Below are positions 62,360 to 64,000 of a stretch of 64,000 nt of DNA, piece by piece. Each line of letters opens with the position of its first letter. The first letter of the stretch is position 1. Made by a program: the position numbers and the translations under genes. The notes beneath the pieces are model-generated. The model was not told the DNA's origin, did not search any database, and saw only the letters and a program-made list of their open reading frames with translations. Source of the stretch: an uncultured cyanobacterium (GTDB lineage Bacteria; Cyanobacteriota; Cyanobacteriia; Cyanobacteriales; CAWUOF01); NCBI GenBank assembly GCA_963744145.1, contig CAVUSO010000001.1:3808001-3872000 (forward strand), read 5' to 3'.

Positions 62360-62998
62360 CTATTTCGACGTATTTACAATTCTCTGTCTCAGCAAAATAA
62401 AACTACAGTTTTAATCTTATCTTTATTAATTCCAGCAGGGTTTTGCATCTGGTGGTTTATGCCGCCTGATAGTTGGTGGTTTATGTCGCCTGATAGTTTT
62501 GCGAAAGTGTCCAATGTTCCCTCCGGATCTTTTTTTTATGGAGGAAGTACCGCTTGGGCACCAATTAGTCACGTTGTAAATTCTGTGATTGAAAATATAT
62601 GGCCTCAGTTTAAATTGAGTTATAAACAACCTAATACTGACGCTCCTGAATCAAGTACTGGGATTAAAATGCTTTTAGATAATCAGTTAGCATTTTCTCA
62701 GTCTTCTCGCCCTGTGAAAGATGAAGAATATAAAGCTGCTAAACACAAGGTATTTACCCTCAAAGAAGTAACGATCACTATTGATGGAATAGCGTTTATA
62801 GTTAAACCGAATTTAAATATTACTGGTTTAAATTTAGCTCAGATTAAAGATATTTATACTGGCAAAATTACCAACTGGAGTCAAGTCGGCGGTCCGAACC
62901 AAACAATTATCCCTTACTCTCTTCATAGTGGAAGTGAAACCATAGATTTTTTGATAGAAAACATTTTAAAAAACGAGAAGCTGGGCGAGCAGGTTTGA
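62356..62998 (+). pseudogene. Orphaned, truncated TM + PstS-type substrate-binding domain; probable former C-terminus of the CHAT gene
   Basis: Motifs VPSG.F.YGGST.WAP, S.TGI.MLL..QL.FSQSSRP and IYTGKITNW..VGGP; the second lobe is missing and there is no convincing own start. Confidence 0.75.
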
Positions 62999-63018
62999 TC
63001 GCTTAACATGAAACAAAA

Positions 63019-63309
63019 ATAAGCGCATCTTTTCTGGAACTTTCTAACTACCAAGTAGAAGCTTCAACACAATAAGAAGCTATCGAAAAATTGAACGAAA
63101 TCTTACATATTCGTTTGGAAAAACTAGAGATTATTCCAGTAGAAATTGAATGGCAACCCGCTCAAAAACCGGAGAATCCTTGGGTAAAATTTGCAGGCGT
63201 TTTTCAAGACAATCCCGACTTCACTGAGATTGCAGAAAGTCTTAGAAAAGAGCGTTTAGCTAACGATGATGCAATTAGCGATCGCCACTTTCACGCCCAA
63301 ATAATATAA
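63019..63309 (+). pseudogene. HicB-like small protein remnant
   Basis: Reads ASFLELSNYQVEASTQ*EAIEKL...NPWVKFAGVF, with an in-frame TAA at 63073-63075 and no N-terminus. Confidence 0.5.
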
Positions 63310-63318
63310 GGAAATGAA

Positions 63319-64000
63319 TTAAATTGACAAAAGTTCAAGAGAACGCAAAAATTGGCAAATCTGCCTCGCCACATCGATCGCAACCGCCCGCTGTGCCTCG
63401 CGTGTACCCGAACCCAAATGCGGACTCAAATGCAACTTATTACTCCTCCTAGCAAACTCTATCAAAGGTGAATCCTTTGGTAAAGGTTCATTAACAAAAA
63501 CATCCAAAGCAGCACCCGCAATTCGATTAGATTCCAACGCCTTCAACAAATCTGCCTCATTCACAATTCCACCGCGAGCACAATTGATAATAAAAGCAGT
63601 TGGTTTCATCGTATCTATAGCTGCTGCATTAATTAAATTCCTCGTTTCCTCTGTCAAAGGAATGTGTAAAGTAATAATATCAGATTTTTTCAGCAGTTCA
63701 TCTAAACTCGATAAAGTATAACCCCTTTCGCTAGCTAAATTCGCTACCTTTTCAGGATTACGATTGTAAGCGATAATCTCCATTCCAAACGCTTGCGCTC
63801 TTTCTGCCACCTTTTGACCGATATTGCCTAACCCAATAATTCCCAGGGTTTTTCCATAAAGTTCTGTTCCCCATGAACTGCGAGGACCATTCCAGTTTCC
63901 ATTTAATAGTTCTTCTTGTGGCGCGATAATAGGTCGAGCTAAATCTAACATCAGACAGAAAACTAATTCAGCCGTAGCAATACCATTAGCATTAGAATTA
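63319..64000 (-). CDS. D-isomer 2-hydroxyacid/phosphoglycerate dehydrogenase-like domain; 5' part lies outside the window
   Basis: Motifs GKTLGIIGLGNIG, LHIPLT, INCARGGIV, AALDVF..EP and SPHLGSGT.EAQ; no ACT tail. Confidence 0.85.
   Translation of the reverse strand, partial: NSNANGIATAELVFCLMLDLARPIIAPQEELLNGNWNGPRSSWGTELYGKTLGIIGLGNIGQKVAERAQAFGMEIIAYNRNPEKVANLASERGYTLSSLDELLKKSDIITLHIPLTEETRNLINAAAIDTMKPTAFIINCARGGIVNEADLLKALESNRIAGAALDVFVNEPLPKDSPLIEFARRSNKLHLSPHLGSGTREAQRAVAIDVARQICQFLRSLELLSI

Noticed and set aside
1..64000. Abundant GCGATCGC octamers; tRNA/rRNA genes
   Set aside because: HIP1 is a well-known cyanobacterial feature. No tRNA or rRNA was recognisable by eye; a covariance-model scan would be needed to exclude them.

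Overview
Chromosomal window from a cyanobacterium, judged by abundant HIP1 GCGATCGC octamers and cyanobacterial gene families. The core is housekeeping genes (proS, accB-efp, thiL, gap2, murC-murB, acsA, hom), three hybrid histidine kinases, MarR/Emr-type efflux genes and several Uma2/DUF29 genes. Three accessory regions stand out. (1) 5-9.8 kb: an IscB/omega-RNA element, frameshifted and interrupted by an IS630 copy, next to an intact DDE IS. (2) 47-50.6 kb: an ECF sigma/anti-sigma pair divergent from a Met-rich lipoprotein and an MsrPQ-like pair. (3) 55.3-63.3 kb: GNAT, sigma-70-like protein, DUF1822 and a membrane-anchored CHAT (caspase-like) protease with an extracytoplasmic ligand-binding domain. 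In region 3, a TGCATA-N16-ACGA motif is repeated upstream of two genes. The sensor domain sits on a ~1.63 kb cassette bounded by two inverted 91-bp MITE-like copies. Removing it restores a HIP1 site and an in-frame fusion of the CHAT protease to a different (PstS-type) sensor domain. All family calls come from motif recognition by eye; no database searches were run.
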